DNA of 64,000 nucleotides from Candidatus Saccharimonadia bacterium (GCA_025449535.1 JANWJF010000001.1:549136-613135), one strand, 5' to 3'; positions 54,146 through 63,043 are shown, counted from the first letter of the stretch. Numbers and translations are program-made. The notes: generated by a model not told the origin, from the letters alone.

Positions 54146-54933
54146 AAATCCTCTTCCTGGCGGATGTCTATGGGCCAGCCGGAGTGAAGGCTGTCCAAGA
54201 AACGCTTCCGGGCTGGAAAAAGAAATACAGTCCTGACTTCACCATCGTAAATGCTGAGAACTCCGCATCCGACGGCGTGAACGCGACGCCGGAAACTTTG
54301 ACGGCTTTACGGGAGGCCGGCGCGGAGGCGTTTACGCTCGGTGACCACTTCCTCTACCGGAAGTTCAAGCCGCTAGCCTCGTTCCCGATCGTCCGGCCGT
54401 CGAACCTGGAGACGGAAGACGGAGTCGGTTCGAACGTCTTCGAAACCGTTACGGGCAAGAAAGTCCTCGTTGCTGTCTTGATGGGAAAGTTTGCAATGAA
54501 GCCCGGTGCGACGAATTATTTTCAGGCGGCAGATGACTTACTTCGAAAACACGGGTCGGAAAAACCCGACGCGGTTTTCATAGAGTTCCATGCCGGAGCG
54601 ACCAGCGAGGAACAGGCCATGGGCTTTTACCTGGATGGAAAAGTCAGCGTAGTCGTCGGCACGCATACTCATGTCCCGACCGCGGACACACGCATCCTGC
54701 CGAAGGGTACGGCTTTCCAAAGCGACGTCGGCATGTGCGGGGCGCTCAACTCAGTAATCGGAGCTACCGTTGAGTCCTCATTAAACTTCCTGCGAAAGGA
54801 ACTTGGCGAAGATGTCGGCAAGGCCCGACCCGAGGCGCCAAACCAGGGGCCTTACGTCTGCGATGCGGTCCTGATTGAGACCGATGGACCGACGAAAGCA
54901 AAGTCGATCAAGCGTCTGACATCCCGGCCTTAA
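54142..54933 (+). CDS. ymdB: YmdB-like metallophosphoesterase
   Basis: NAENS, FHAGATSE, GTHTHVPTAD and DVGMCG motifs. Confidence 0.9.
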   Translation: MKILFLADVYGPAGVKAVQETLPGWKKKYSPDFTIVNAENSASDGVNATPETLTALREAGAEAFTLGDHFLYRKFKPLASFPIVRPSNLETEDGVGSNVFETVTGKKVLVAVLMGKFAMKPGATNYFQAADDLLRKHGSEKPDAVFIEFHAGATSEEQAMGFYLDGKVSVVVGTHTHVPTADTRILPKGTAFQSDVGMCGALNSVIGATVESSLNFLRKELGEDVGKARPEAPNQGPYVCDAVLIETDGPTKAKSIKRLTSRP

Positions 54934-55508
54934 TCCGTCGCGGCCGATTCGATCGGGTTTTCGGCATACGCCCGAAATCCAGTCGGGACTTCCACCACAC
55001 CGTCCGGTGTATCAATGTGTTCCGCGTCCGGAGGCAGGGTGACTTCCAGTCCTTCCCAATTCGGCGGCGGCTCGTAATATCCTGAGACGACCAAGGACTC
55101 GCTTTGTTCAGTCAGTGCGACGATCGTGTAAAAAGATTCCGGCGGCAACGGTACTTCCCAGCCAGGTGCCAGGATAGTCTGGTCTACCAGGACGTTCCCA
55201 GGCTTCATAGTGACCAGTAGTCCATACCCCCGGTGGACGGTCAGACTTTTCTCCGGAGCCGCCTGGGTCCAGTAGGCTAGCTCCGTACGGTTGCCTGGCA
55301 GGATCACGGCCGCGTTTCGGCTGGCCCGGGCCTCATCACCGTCAGAATAGGTGATTTCTAAGTAGGTGTATGCGGCGCCATCCGATTCTTCCTGGCTTTC
55401 GCTGATCGCTACCCGTCGATCCGGGTGATCGGCGAGGTCGGCCGCAACGTCGATACCGTACGCAGCGGCGATTTCCTCAGGTGAATGCTCGGCTCCAGGC
55501 GCAATCAT
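54930..55508 (-). CDS. Hypothetical acidic protein (possibly cupin-like)
   Basis: ORF preceded by TACAAT 8 nt upstream of ATG; no clear family motif. Confidence 0.55.
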   Translation of the reverse strand: MIAPGAEHSPEEIAAAYGIDVAADLADHPDRRVAISESQEESDGAAYTYLEITYSDGDEARASRNAAVILPGNRTELAYWTQAAPEKSLTVHRGYGLLVTMKPGNVLVDQTILAPGWEVPLPPESFYTIVALTEQSESLVVSGYYEPPPNWEGLEVTLPPDAEHIDTPDGVVEVPTGFRAYAENPIESAATD

Positions 55509-55565
55509 GGCTGACAATTGTAGCAAAGGAAAAATCCCTTGTCTAGAGGCTTTTTCATCAATCAG

Positions 55566-55611
55566 CTATCCACACGTACTCGGTTGACAGATTTTTTCCC
55601 ATGGCCATACT
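55566..55611 (+). promoter_or_regulatory. HU promoter with one upstream DnaA-box-like site
   Basis: CTATCCACA (one mismatch to TTATCCACA) at 55566-55574; TTGACA-16nt-CATACT. Confidence 0.5.
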
Positions 55612-55669
55612 GGGGTTACCAAGCAAAAGGCTTTGGTTAACCTATTCCCTACGAGAGGAGGTGACGCAC

Positions 55670-55963
55670 ATGGCAGGTGCAACGATGAACAAGCAAGACC
55701 TCATCGAGACGATGGCGAACCGTGCCAAGATCTCGAAGAAGTCCGCTACGGTGGCGCTTGAGGCGCTGACCGATTCGATCACGAAGACGCTCCAGAACCG
55801 GGGCAAGGTATCGATCAGCGGCTTTGGCGCGTGGTACGCGAACACGCGGGCGCCGCGCATGGGCGTGAACCCGCAGAACACCAGCGAACGGATCAACATT
55901 CCGGAGACGACGGTGGCGAAGTTCACTCCCGGCAAGAACCTGAAGGAAGCCGTCCGCAAGTAA
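55670..55963 (+). CDS. hup: HU family DNA-binding protein
   Basis: MNKQDLI...ISGFG...RMGVNPQ...KFTPGKNLKEAV; SD GGAGGT. Confidence 0.95.
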   Translation: MAGATMNKQDLIETMANRAKISKKSATVALEALTDSITKTLQNRGKVSISGFGAWYANTRAPRMGVNPQNTSERINIPETTVAKFTPGKNLKEAVRK

Positions 55964-55980
55964 TATGGCGGACGTACGGT

Positions 55981-56014
55981 AGCTCTCTCGGCGGGAACGT
56001 CGAGGGGGCTTTTG
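55981..56014 (+). terminator. Intrinsic terminator after HU
   Basis: AGCTCTCTCG...CGAGGGGGCT followed by TTTGT. Confidence 0.65.
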
Positions 56015-56037
56015 TATATCGGCTAAGATTGGTACAT

Positions 56038-56111
56038 CGGGGCGTAGCGCAGCCTGGTAGCGCGCCTGCTTTGGGAGCAGGAGGTCGTCAGTTCGAATCT
56101 GACCGCCCCGA
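56038..56111 (+). tRNA. tRNA-Pro(TGG)
   Basis: CGGGGCG/CGCCCCG acceptor; CCTGC-TTTGGGA-GCAGG anticodon arm. Confidence 0.95.
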
Positions 56112-56112
56112 C

Positions 56113-57219
56113 ATGGTGACCCGTCGGAAAATCGTATCAACATTCTTTCTGCTCGCCGTCATCGGCGGCGGGCTGCTCTACGCCGACTACCAGTCGAAGG
56201 CGATGGAGCGGCGCGACGCAGAGCGCCGCGCCGCGGTCACCGCACTCAAGCGGACGCTGGATTCCCGGAGCACGCTTCCGGCCAGGGACGGTACGCTCAA
56301 GGCGAGGGCCACCGGAGGGCTCGCCGAGCTCGGTACGGCGCCGAAGCGGCCGGAGGATACGACGATCAACTACGCTGTCTCGTTGGACGCACGGACGTAC
56401 TTCGTCTGCACGGCGCTGGAGCGCGGCGGCGCGCTCTACGCCACCCGGCAGGGTACGTTCGACGGTCCGACGGAGAGCTGCCGCCCGGACGCCGATCCCG
56501 TCGCCGTGGGCTACGTTCTGGACGCGAAGCTGACCTCCGCGGGCGCCCGGGCGTTCCTGCGCGCGGACCCGGCGTTCGTCAGCAAGGGATTCATCCAGGA
56601 GAAATGCGCGGCTACCGCTGATGACGGGCAGCTGCAGGGCTGCTTCACCGGCGACCGGATCTACCTGATCGACCTGCCGGACGAAACGATCCGTCCGGAG
56701 GTCTCGGTCACCGCGGCGCACGAGACGCTGCATGCGGCCTGGGAAGGGTTGGCGTCGGAAGAACGCGAGCACCTGACCCGATTGCTCGAGAATCTTGCCC
56801 GGAAGCGCCCCGACCTGCAACGCGAGGCGGATTCGTACGATGAGGAAAGCCGGATCAACGAGCTGCATTCGATCGCAGGGACCGAGATCAAGGACGTCGG
56901 CAAGGAACTCGAGCGGCATTACGCGGAGTTCTTAAGCGACCGCGGGCTGATCGTGAAGCGGCACCTGGACTATGAGAAGGTCATTGACGGCCTGGAGGCG
57001 GAGATCGAGCGGCTCAAGGATGAGCTCACGGCGCTCGAGGCGCGCGGCCAGGCGCTCCTGGATAGCGGCGACATCGACGCGTACAACGCGTTCGTGGCGG
57101 AGTACAACTCCCGCGCGCCGGGAATGGTCGCGGAGATCAACGCCAAGGTCGACCGTTTCAACCGGCTCACGGAACACACCCGCCCGGACGGCCGGGTGGC
57201 CCCCGCCTCCGCGCGGTGA
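56113..57219 (+). CDS. Membrane-anchored protein with pilin-like N-terminal domain, zincin-like HExxH domain and coiled coil
   Basis: TM then RRDAERRAAVTALK; AAHETLHAAW with downstream NELHS; ORF track start 55831 runs through HU and the tRNA so ATG 56113 chosen. Confidence 0.7.
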   Translation: MVTRRKIVSTFFLLAVIGGGLLYADYQSKAMERRDAERRAAVTALKRTLDSRSTLPARDGTLKARATGGLAELGTAPKRPEDTTINYAVSLDARTYFVCTALERGGALYATRQGTFDGPTESCRPDADPVAVGYVLDAKLTSAGARAFLRADPAFVSKGFIQEKCAATADDGQLQGCFTGDRIYLIDLPDETIRPEVSVTAAHETLHAAWEGLASEEREHLTRLLENLARKRPDLQREADSYDEESRINELHSIAGTEIKDVGKELERHYAEFLSDRGLIVKRHLDYEKVIDGLEAEIERLKDELTALEARGQALLDSGDIDAYNAFVAEYNSRAPGMVAEINAKVDRFNRLTEHTRPDGRVAPASAR

Positions 57220-57240
57220 GTTAGAATAGGGACCGTTATA

Positions 57241-57312
57241 CGCGGGTGTACTCTGTACATCCGCGGCGTCGTTCGGAAATGCTAGAGTAAACTCTGCGTT
57301 TCCTCACTCCTT
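57241..57312 (+). ncRNA. Conserved structured tRNA-leader motif, copy 2
   Basis: GAAATGC-t-AGAG-taaa-CTCT-GCGTTTC at 57276-57302, 10 nt before tRNA-Gly; upstream CGCGGGTGTAC-tct-GTACATCCGCG hairpin. Confidence 0.75.
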
Positions 57313-57387
57313 GCGGGTGTCGTATAACGGCTATTACACCAGCCTTCCAAGCTGGGAATGCGGGTTCGATTCCCGCCACCCGCTCCA
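57313..57387 (+). tRNA. tRNA-Gly(TCC), CCA encoded
   Basis: GCGGGTG/CACCCGC acceptor; CCAGC-CTTCCAA-GCTGG anticodon arm. Confidence 0.95.
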
Positions 57388-57503
57388 CGCATCCGACCAC
57401 GGTCCATCCCTCGTAGCCTTGACTCAGGCACGGATTCGTGCTACTATTGGTCAATTTTCCGCTCCGAAGGCACGCGGCGCGCGAAGATAAAAAACCAATA
57501 CGC

Positions 57504-57830
57504 ATGCTTGCCACCGTCTTTCAAGGAGTCTTCGACACCACCTATGACATCACGTTCCGGGACCGCCTGCCGACCTTCGGCACGGGCCGCGACAAGATCA
57601 CCAAGGGATACATCGACCCGTTGAACGATCGCATCGTGATCCGGCGGGGACTTTCCGCGGACGACCGGGCGCTCACCTTGCTCCATGAGGTCGTCCACGA
57701 CTGCTATCCGGACTGGAGCGAACGGGACGTGGAGGAATGCGCGCGATTCGTCTACGACAACCTCTCGAACTCCGACCAGGGCATCGTCCAGTTCCTGGCC
57801 ACCGATCCCCAAGAGACCAGATCACGATAA
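57504..57830 (+). CDS. Small HExxH metallopeptidase-like protein (ImmA/IrrE-like fold)
   Basis: GYID...IVIRRGL...TLLHEVVH...E; promoter TTGACT(57419)-17nt-TACTAT(57442); hairpin plus T-tract near 57842-57858. Confidence 0.7.
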   Translation: MLATVFQGVFDTTYDITFRDRLPTFGTGRDKITKGYIDPLNDRIVIRRGLSADDRALTLLHEVVHDCYPDWSERDVEECARFVYDNLSNSDQGIVQFLATDPQETRSR

Positions 57831-57883
57831 CCGTCCAACCGACCGCAGGCGGTTTTTTGCTGCACGGATATACTACGGTTGCG

Positions 57884-57953
57884 CCCCGGTACTACGTACC
57901 GGAGCTCGGCACTCGGAAATGCTAGAGTGAACTCTGCATTTCTCTCGCTTCTC
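57884..57953 (+). ncRNA. Conserved structured tRNA-leader motif, copy 3
   Basis: GAAATGC-t-AGAG-tgaa-CTCT-GCATTTC at 57916-57942, 11 nt before tRNA-Arg; upstream CCGGTAC-tac-GTACCGG hairpin; TATACT at 57869. Confidence 0.75.
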
Positions 57954-58025
57954 GCCCCGGTAGCTCAGCGGAAGAGCAGGAGACTTCTAAGCTCAAGGCC
58001 GTAGGTTCGAATCCTACCCGGGGCA
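57954..58025 (+). tRNA. tRNA-Arg(TCT) with weak anticodon stem
   Basis: GCCCCGG/CCGGGGC acceptor; anticodon arm GGAGA-CTTCTAA-GCTCA. Confidence 0.85.
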
Positions 58026-58041
58026 CATGGCCCAGGACGAC

Positions 58042-58076
58042 GCCGGGAACCGGACGCGGTTCCCGGTCTTCGTTTT
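58042..58076 (+). terminator. Probable terminator after tRNA-Arg
   Basis: GCCGGGAACCG-GACG-CGGTTCCCGGT followed by CTTCGTTTT. Confidence 0.6.
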
Positions 58077-58119
58077 GTCCGGGCGATGAGCGAGGGCATA
58101 ATGGTTGTGGGCATGGCAT

Positions 58120-58194
58120 GGTGGCTATAGCTCAACAGGTTAGAGCGCCGGTTTGTGGTACCGGAGGTTGTGGGTTCGAGCCCCATTAGCCACC
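58120..58194 (+). tRNA. tRNA-His(GTG) with G-1
   Basis: G-GTGGCTA/TAGCCAC-C acceptor; CCGGT-TTGTGGT-ACCGG anticodon arm. Confidence 0.95.
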
Positions 58195-58212
58195 CAATCA
58201 AGCAAGTATATT

Positions 58213-58713
58213 ATGTCTACAATACTCGAAACACCAGACTTCATTGTCAAAGCCCCCGATCAGCCGCATCACTCAAGGGAGAATGGGGGTCATGTGGTTA
58301 TTACTCCAAAGCAGCGCTTTGGGCATCGCACTGAAATGTCTACCGACCTCGCCACGAAACTAATGTATCTGACCATGATTGCGGGTGAGGCCGTGACTAA
58401 AGTTATGAAAGAGGCTGGACTCAAAGTAGTGAGGATCAACTATCAGGACAATGGCAACTGGGCGTACAAAGAACCCAAGAAAGAGCCACATCTGCATGTC
58501 CACCTTTACGTTCGCACGACTGGGGAACAGCACCCCGACAATGACTCACGCTTTCAAGCGTTTCCTGATGCCCTAGTTTTTCCAGATCGAGGTACTGGAT
58601 ATTACGAGAAGTTTCAGCCCCTCACTGATGAAGATTGCCAAGCAATCAATTCGGAGATGGTATCGCTGGCAAGGAGGGAAAAGTACCGGGACTTGGAGTT
58701 AGGGATCGCGTAA
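58213..58713 (+). CDS. HIT family protein, AT-richer than core
   Basis: GGHVVITPK...RINYQDNGNW...HLHVHLY. Confidence 0.85.
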   Translation: MSTILETPDFIVKAPDQPHHSRENGGHVVITPKQRFGHRTEMSTDLATKLMYLTMIAGEAVTKVMKEAGLKVVRINYQDNGNWAYKEPKKEPHLHVHLYVRTTGEQHPDNDSRFQAFPDALVFPDRGTGYYEKFQPLTDEDCQAINSEMVSLARREKYRDLELGIA

Positions 58714-58765
58714 TTGCAGTTCTAACGTCGTCTGTGCAGACGCCTAAAACACGTAACTGCACGCG

Positions 58766-60025
58766 ATGACACATAATATGTCCGATTCAGTAAATATTGT
58801 CGGTTCAGGAATAGTCGGGCTTATTTCAGCGTATAAAGTTCATCAAAAGTTACGCATACCGGTCAGGGTATATGATGCTGGGCCCGATCCGAGGGCCCAG
58901 AGGAACCACTTCCATTCTTTTGGTGCCAGCTACAGCGGTCTAGATGCTCGTCATATTTCGATAACGGAAACCGGCCCGTGGACGGATGCTAGTCGCGAGG
59001 AATTGATTGAGCGAAGTCCCGCCGAGGGTGGTTGGAACTGTCTGGCTTCCGTTACTAAGAATCAATACGAGGCAGCGTGGCAACAAGAATTTAAATCGAT
59101 TGCCCGAGATGCCGATCGGCACGCTACGAATTCCCAGCAAGTCTTTGCAGCCAACAAGGAAGGCTTAATGGCGTGGGCAGAACTCCATCGCCGCAAGCCA
59201 AAGTTATTTGCGCCGATTTTCGATACTAATTACTTGACGATTATTTGCACGAATGAAGCCGACTTAGTCGACGAGTACGAAGGGGAAAAGCGGTTGGACG
59301 AGGGTCGCGTCAAGAATCTTCAACACACTATGCCCGTCGGGTACGAACCTCTCGACCAAAAGTTCCGGGACGGTATCCTGCACGGCTCATTCACGGTGGC
59401 CGGTAATGCGTATAACATTCGGAAACTGTGCGTCAACGTAATCGACTATTTGGAAGAGCATGGTGTTGAGTTTCACTGGCGAAATCCTATCAGCTTAGTT
59501 GACGGCGGTGACCGTGTTACGGAGTTGCCACCCGGCGATATTGTTTGGGCAAGCGGTGTCTCGGGAGGGATGTCATCCTTCCTTGCTGACAAGAAAATAC
59601 TGCTCCAAGGTGTTCTGGGCTGCTGGGTTGATATACCAAACCAGGGATTTAGCCACCCATTCAAAATTTACGGCAAAGAACCGACGAATTTCATTAATGC
59701 CACTCCCATCGGAAACAGGTTGCTACTTTCGGGAGGATATGGATGGGTTGGTACGCGCGCCCATGCCGAGGTCACCAAACTAGCCAAACCAACGATGCAG
59801 GCTTTTCTACATGAAGTCTCAAAGTTCTTCTTTGATGGCCGGGCTCTATCGGACAAGTATCCTCTAGCGACATGCATTCGCCCTTCGTTGCCGTCTGGGG
59901 TGACCCAAATAGAGGAGATTACTTACCAGGATCGGAGAGTCGTTACATGCATCGGCCACTCCGCCGGAGGGTTCACCCAATCTGCCCATGTAGCTGACGT
60001 GGTAGTGGAAAAGTTATCAAGCTAG
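58766..60025 (+). CDS. FAD-dependent oxidoreductase (D-amino acid oxidase-like), AT-richer than core
   Basis: IVGSGIVGLISAY Rossmann motif; C-terminal CIRP...GHSAGGFTQS; start may be 58778. Confidence 0.85.
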   Translation: MTHNMSDSVNIVGSGIVGLISAYKVHQKLRIPVRVYDAGPDPRAQRNHFHSFGASYSGLDARHISITETGPWTDASREELIERSPAEGGWNCLASVTKNQYEAAWQQEFKSIARDADRHATNSQQVFAANKEGLMAWAELHRRKPKLFAPIFDTNYLTIICTNEADLVDEYEGEKRLDEGRVKNLQHTMPVGYEPLDQKFRDGILHGSFTVAGNAYNIRKLCVNVIDYLEEHGVEFHWRNPISLVDGGDRVTELPPGDIVWASGVSGGMSSFLADKKILLQGVLGCWVDIPNQGFSHPFKIYGKEPTNFINATPIGNRLLLSGGYGWVGTRAHAEVTKLAKPTMQAFLHEVSKFFFDGRALSDKYPLATCIRPSLPSGVTQIEEITYQDRRVVTCIGHSAGGFTQSAHVADVVVEKLSS

Positions 60026-60110
60026 AGTGCTAGGGATAAGCATCAGGCATCAGGTTTCATGGTGAGAACTGGAGCTGCGCGAACTTTCTTCCAGAAGCCT
60101 AAAGGAAATC

Positions 60111-60659
60111 ATGAACGAGCAAGACATCCTTAATCTCATCCGCGGCAACCGTTGGATGATGGATGTGCTGCAAGCCGCGCAGCGCGCCGACCTGCCGGAT
60201 TGGGTCATCGGTGCCGGCTTCGTGCGCAACCCGGTGTGGGACCATTTGCATGGCCGCGAACCAGTGCTTGATACGGATGTAGACCTTGTCTACTTCGACC
60301 GAGGTGCCGCGGACAAGGAAGCGGAGAAAAGGCATGAAGCCAAGCTGAAGGGCGATTTTCAAGCGGATTGGTCCGTCAAGAACCAAGCCCGGATGCATCT
60401 TAAGCACGGCGACGATCCGTACGAGAACACCGAGGACGCGTTGGCGCATTGGGTAGAGACGGCAACGTGCATCGGAGTCCGCCTGGACCGGAGCGGAGAC
60501 CTCATTCTGGTCGCGCCCCACGGTATCGACGACTTGGTCAATCTGGTGGTTCGTCCCGGCCCGCTGCACTCGAAGCCGGAGCAGGTGGTCGAACGGATTC
60601 GGGAGAAGCATTGGTTGGAGCGGTGGCCGAAGCTGCGGCTGACAGGTCTGCCGGAATGA
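60111..60659 (+). CDS. Putative nucleotidyltransferase (DUF925 family)
   Basis: IGAGFVRNPVWD, DVDLVYFD, WSVKNQARMH and ETATCIGVRL motifs. Confidence 0.9.
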   Translation: MNEQDILNLIRGNRWMMDVLQAAQRADLPDWVIGAGFVRNPVWDHLHGREPVLDTDVDLVYFDRGAADKEAEKRHEAKLKGDFQADWSVKNQARMHLKHGDDPYENTEDALAHWVETATCIGVRLDRSGDLILVAPHGIDDLVNLVVRPGPLHSKPEQVVERIREKHWLERWPKLRLTGLPE

Positions 60660-61147
60660 ACAAGTACCTCGTCGTCCACTTCCTAGACTCGCTTTCCGAA
60701 GGCGAGCGGTTCGAGTCATCCGCATGGCCACTGCATCTGACGCTTATCCCTCCATTTTCTACCAATGCGGAACGGTCTGACTTGGAACAGTTCCTGCGAA
60801 CCGTCAGTCAGAGGAGGCCGATTGATTTGAAAGTCTCTGGCAAATCCTTATTCGGCGTTCGTCAGGACATTCCGGTCATGGAAGTGGTCCTGCTTCCTGA
60901 GCTGCGAGATTTGCACGAAGCGGTGGTCAACGCCTTGGAAGAGCAGGATGTCAGGCACGGAAGCCCGGCCCATATCAGGGAAGGATTCCGGCCGCACGTC
61001 ACGATACAAAAGAGCGGGACGGCCGAGCCGGGGCAGACGGTCCGCATGGATGCCATTACCTTGGTCGGCTACCCGACCGACAGGACCCGGGAGGTCCTTA
61101 CACATTTTCCGCTCGGCTCCGGCGTAGTACCATCGAATGATGGCTGA
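60656..61147 (+). CDS. 2H phosphoesterase (2'-5' RNA ligase superfamily)
   Basis: Two HxT motifs: LHLTL and PHVTI. Confidence 0.85.
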   Translation: MNKYLVVHFLDSLSEGERFESSAWPLHLTLIPPFSTNAERSDLEQFLRTVSQRRPIDLKVSGKSLFGVRQDIPVMEVVLLPELRDLHEAVVNALEEQDVRHGSPAHIREGFRPHVTIQKSGTAEPGQTVRMDAITLVGYPTDRTREVLTHFPLGSGVVPSNDG

Positions 61148-61231
61148 AGACCTACCCCGCAGTATGCGCTGCCGTTTTGACTGGCTGTTCAAGCGGCAGA
61201 AGAACCGCTAGTTCTGCGGTACGATTGACCC

Positions 61232-62149
61232 GTGAGCAAACAAAAACGACCGGCCATCAAGACGCAGGGCCTGACCAAGTTCTATGGCAAGACCCGTGGC
61301 ATCGAGGACCTCAGCCTGACCGTCGAGCAGGGGGAGACATTCGGGTTCCTGGGGCCGAACGGCGCCGGCAAGAGCACGACGATCAACCTCCTGATGGGCT
61401 TCCGCAAGCCGACCGACGGCAAGGCGTTGGTGCTCGGGAAGCCGGTCGGGCCGGATGCGATCGAGACGCGGCGCCGGATCGGGTTCATGCCCGGCGAGCT
61501 GTCGTTGTACGGCCAGATGAAGGCGCACGCGTTGCTGGATTACTTCGCCCGGCTGCGTGGGAACGTCGAGGATGGATACATCCACGAGCTCGCGGAACGG
61601 TTCGACCTCGACCTGAGCAAGAAGGTGAAGGACCTCTCGAAGGGCAACAAGCAGAAGGTCGCGTTGGTGTCCGCTTGGATGCACAAGCCGGACCTGCTGA
61701 TCCTCGACGAACCTACCAGCGGCTTGGACCCGATCGTCCAAGAAGAGTTCCGCGATCTGGTCAGCGAAGCGAAGCGCCGGGGCGTTACCGTGTTTCTCTC
61801 GTCCCACGTACTGTCCGAGGCCGAGCACCTCTGCGACCGGGTCGGCGTCGTCAAGGAAGGACGCCTGATCGCGGTCGAGCGGATCGCGACGCTTCACGAG
61901 CGGGGTATCCGGCACGTCGAGGTGCAGTTCGCGACCAAGCCGTGGCCGGACATGCTGAAGCGGATCGATGGGATCCATGACGTTCGCGTCGAAGGCAGGA
62001 CCATGCGGTTCACCGTCCACGGTTCGATTGACAAGGTGATCAAGCTGCTCGCGAGGCATCGGATCATCAACCTGAGCAGCGACCCGGCCAGCCTGGAGGA
62101 ATTCTTCTTCGACGAGTACGAAGAGACGGTCAAGGAGGCCGGGACATGA
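61232..62149 (+). CDS. ABC-2 transporter ATP-binding protein
   Basis: GPNGAGKST, LSKGNKQK, ILDEPTSGLD and SSH motifs. Confidence 0.95.
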   Translation: MSKQKRPAIKTQGLTKFYGKTRGIEDLSLTVEQGETFGFLGPNGAGKSTTINLLMGFRKPTDGKALVLGKPVGPDAIETRRRIGFMPGELSLYGQMKAHALLDYFARLRGNVEDGYIHELAERFDLDLSKKVKDLSKGNKQKVALVSAWMHKPDLLILDEPTSGLDPIVQEEFRDLVSEAKRRGVTVFLSSHVLSEAEHLCDRVGVVKEGRLIAVERIATLHERGIRHVEVQFATKPWPDMLKRIDGIHDVRVEGRTMRFTVHGSIDKVIKLLARHRIINLSSDPASLEEFFFDEYEETVKEAGT

Positions 62150-62949
62150 ACGACCTCGGCGCTATCTTCCTGCGGACGCTCAGTGACTCACGCCGGAGCA
62201 TGTTCTGGTGGTCACTCGGCATGTTCGCGTTGATTTTCTTCGTGATGGCCCTGTATCCGACGTTCAAGGAGAATGCCGGGCAACTCAATGAGCTGTACCA
62301 GTCGTCCAAGGAAATCGTCGCGCTGGTCGGCACGCAGGACATGTCCACGGGGGTCGGCTTCCTGACCCAGGAAGTATTCTCGATCATGGCGCCGTTATTC
62401 TTGATCATCTACGGTATCCAACTGGGCGCGTCGGCGATCGGACGCGAGGAGGGCCGGGGGACGCTGCCGCTGCTCCTGGCCAACCCGATCTCCCGCAGCC
62501 GGGTCGTCTACGAGAAGTACGCCGCGATGAAGGCCGCGTTGCTGGTGGTGGCGGCTGTCGTGTTCGTGACCATCGCTCCGTTGGCACCGGTATTCGAGAT
62601 GAAGGACGTCGAGCTCGCCAAGCTGGCCACTGCGTCGCTGATGACGTTCCTGATCGGGCTGGCGTTCGGGTCGATCGCGTTCCTGGTCGGCGCCGCGACG
62701 GGTAACCGGGGACTGGCCGTCGGGGCTACTAGCGCGTTGGGTCTCGGCATGTATCTGCTGTACGTAATGGAACAGCTGGTGGATTCGTTGGAACCGTATC
62801 GCTGGCTGAGTCTATTCCACTATTACGTCCCGGACAACGTCCTGACCGACTTTCCCACGTTCGGAAACGTCCTTGTGCTGATCGGCGTCAGCGTGGCCGG
62901 ATTCGGCCTTTCCTTGCTGGTATTCCCCCGGCGCGATGTCCGGGCCTGA
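62146..62949 (+). CDS. ABC-2 transporter permease
   Basis: Six TMs; REEGRGTLPLLLANPISR motif; ATGA overlap with the ATPase. Confidence 0.9.
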   Translation: MNDLGAIFLRTLSDSRRSMFWWSLGMFALIFFVMALYPTFKENAGQLNELYQSSKEIVALVGTQDMSTGVGFLTQEVFSIMAPLFLIIYGIQLGASAIGREEGRGTLPLLLANPISRSRVVYEKYAAMKAALLVVAAVVFVTIAPLAPVFEMKDVELAKLATASLMTFLIGLAFGSIAFLVGAATGNRGLAVGATSALGLGMYLLYVMEQLVDSLEPYRWLSLFHYYVPDNVLTDFPTFGNVLVLIGVSVAGFGLSLLVFPRRDVRA

Positions 62950-62968
62950 GGCTATACTGTAAGCACTC

Positions 62969-63043
62969 GCGCCCGTATGCTCGCATACGGGTCGCTCCTC
63001 GTTCGGAAATGCTAAAGTGAACTTTGCATTTCACTCACTCGTT
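62969..63043 (+). ncRNA. Conserved structured tRNA-leader motif, copy 4
   Basis: GAAATGC-t-AAAG-tgaa-CTTT-GCATTTC at 63006-63032, 11 nt before tRNA-Arg; upstream CCCGTATGC/GCATACGGG hairpin; TATACT at 62953. Confidence 0.75.

Noticed and set aside
55831-56112. ORF-track N-terminal extensions through RNA genes (55831, also 22275 and 58153)
   Set aside because: They run through HU, a terminator or tRNA genes; downstream starts are more plausible.
58715-58761. Palindrome containing TTCTAAC as a possible integron attC site
   Set aside because: No matching GTTRRRY end, no second copy and no integron integrase.
59649-59659. TTAGCCACCCA matching the tRNA-His 3' end (possible attR)
   Set aside because: Only 11 bp and inside an intact CDS; compatible with chance.
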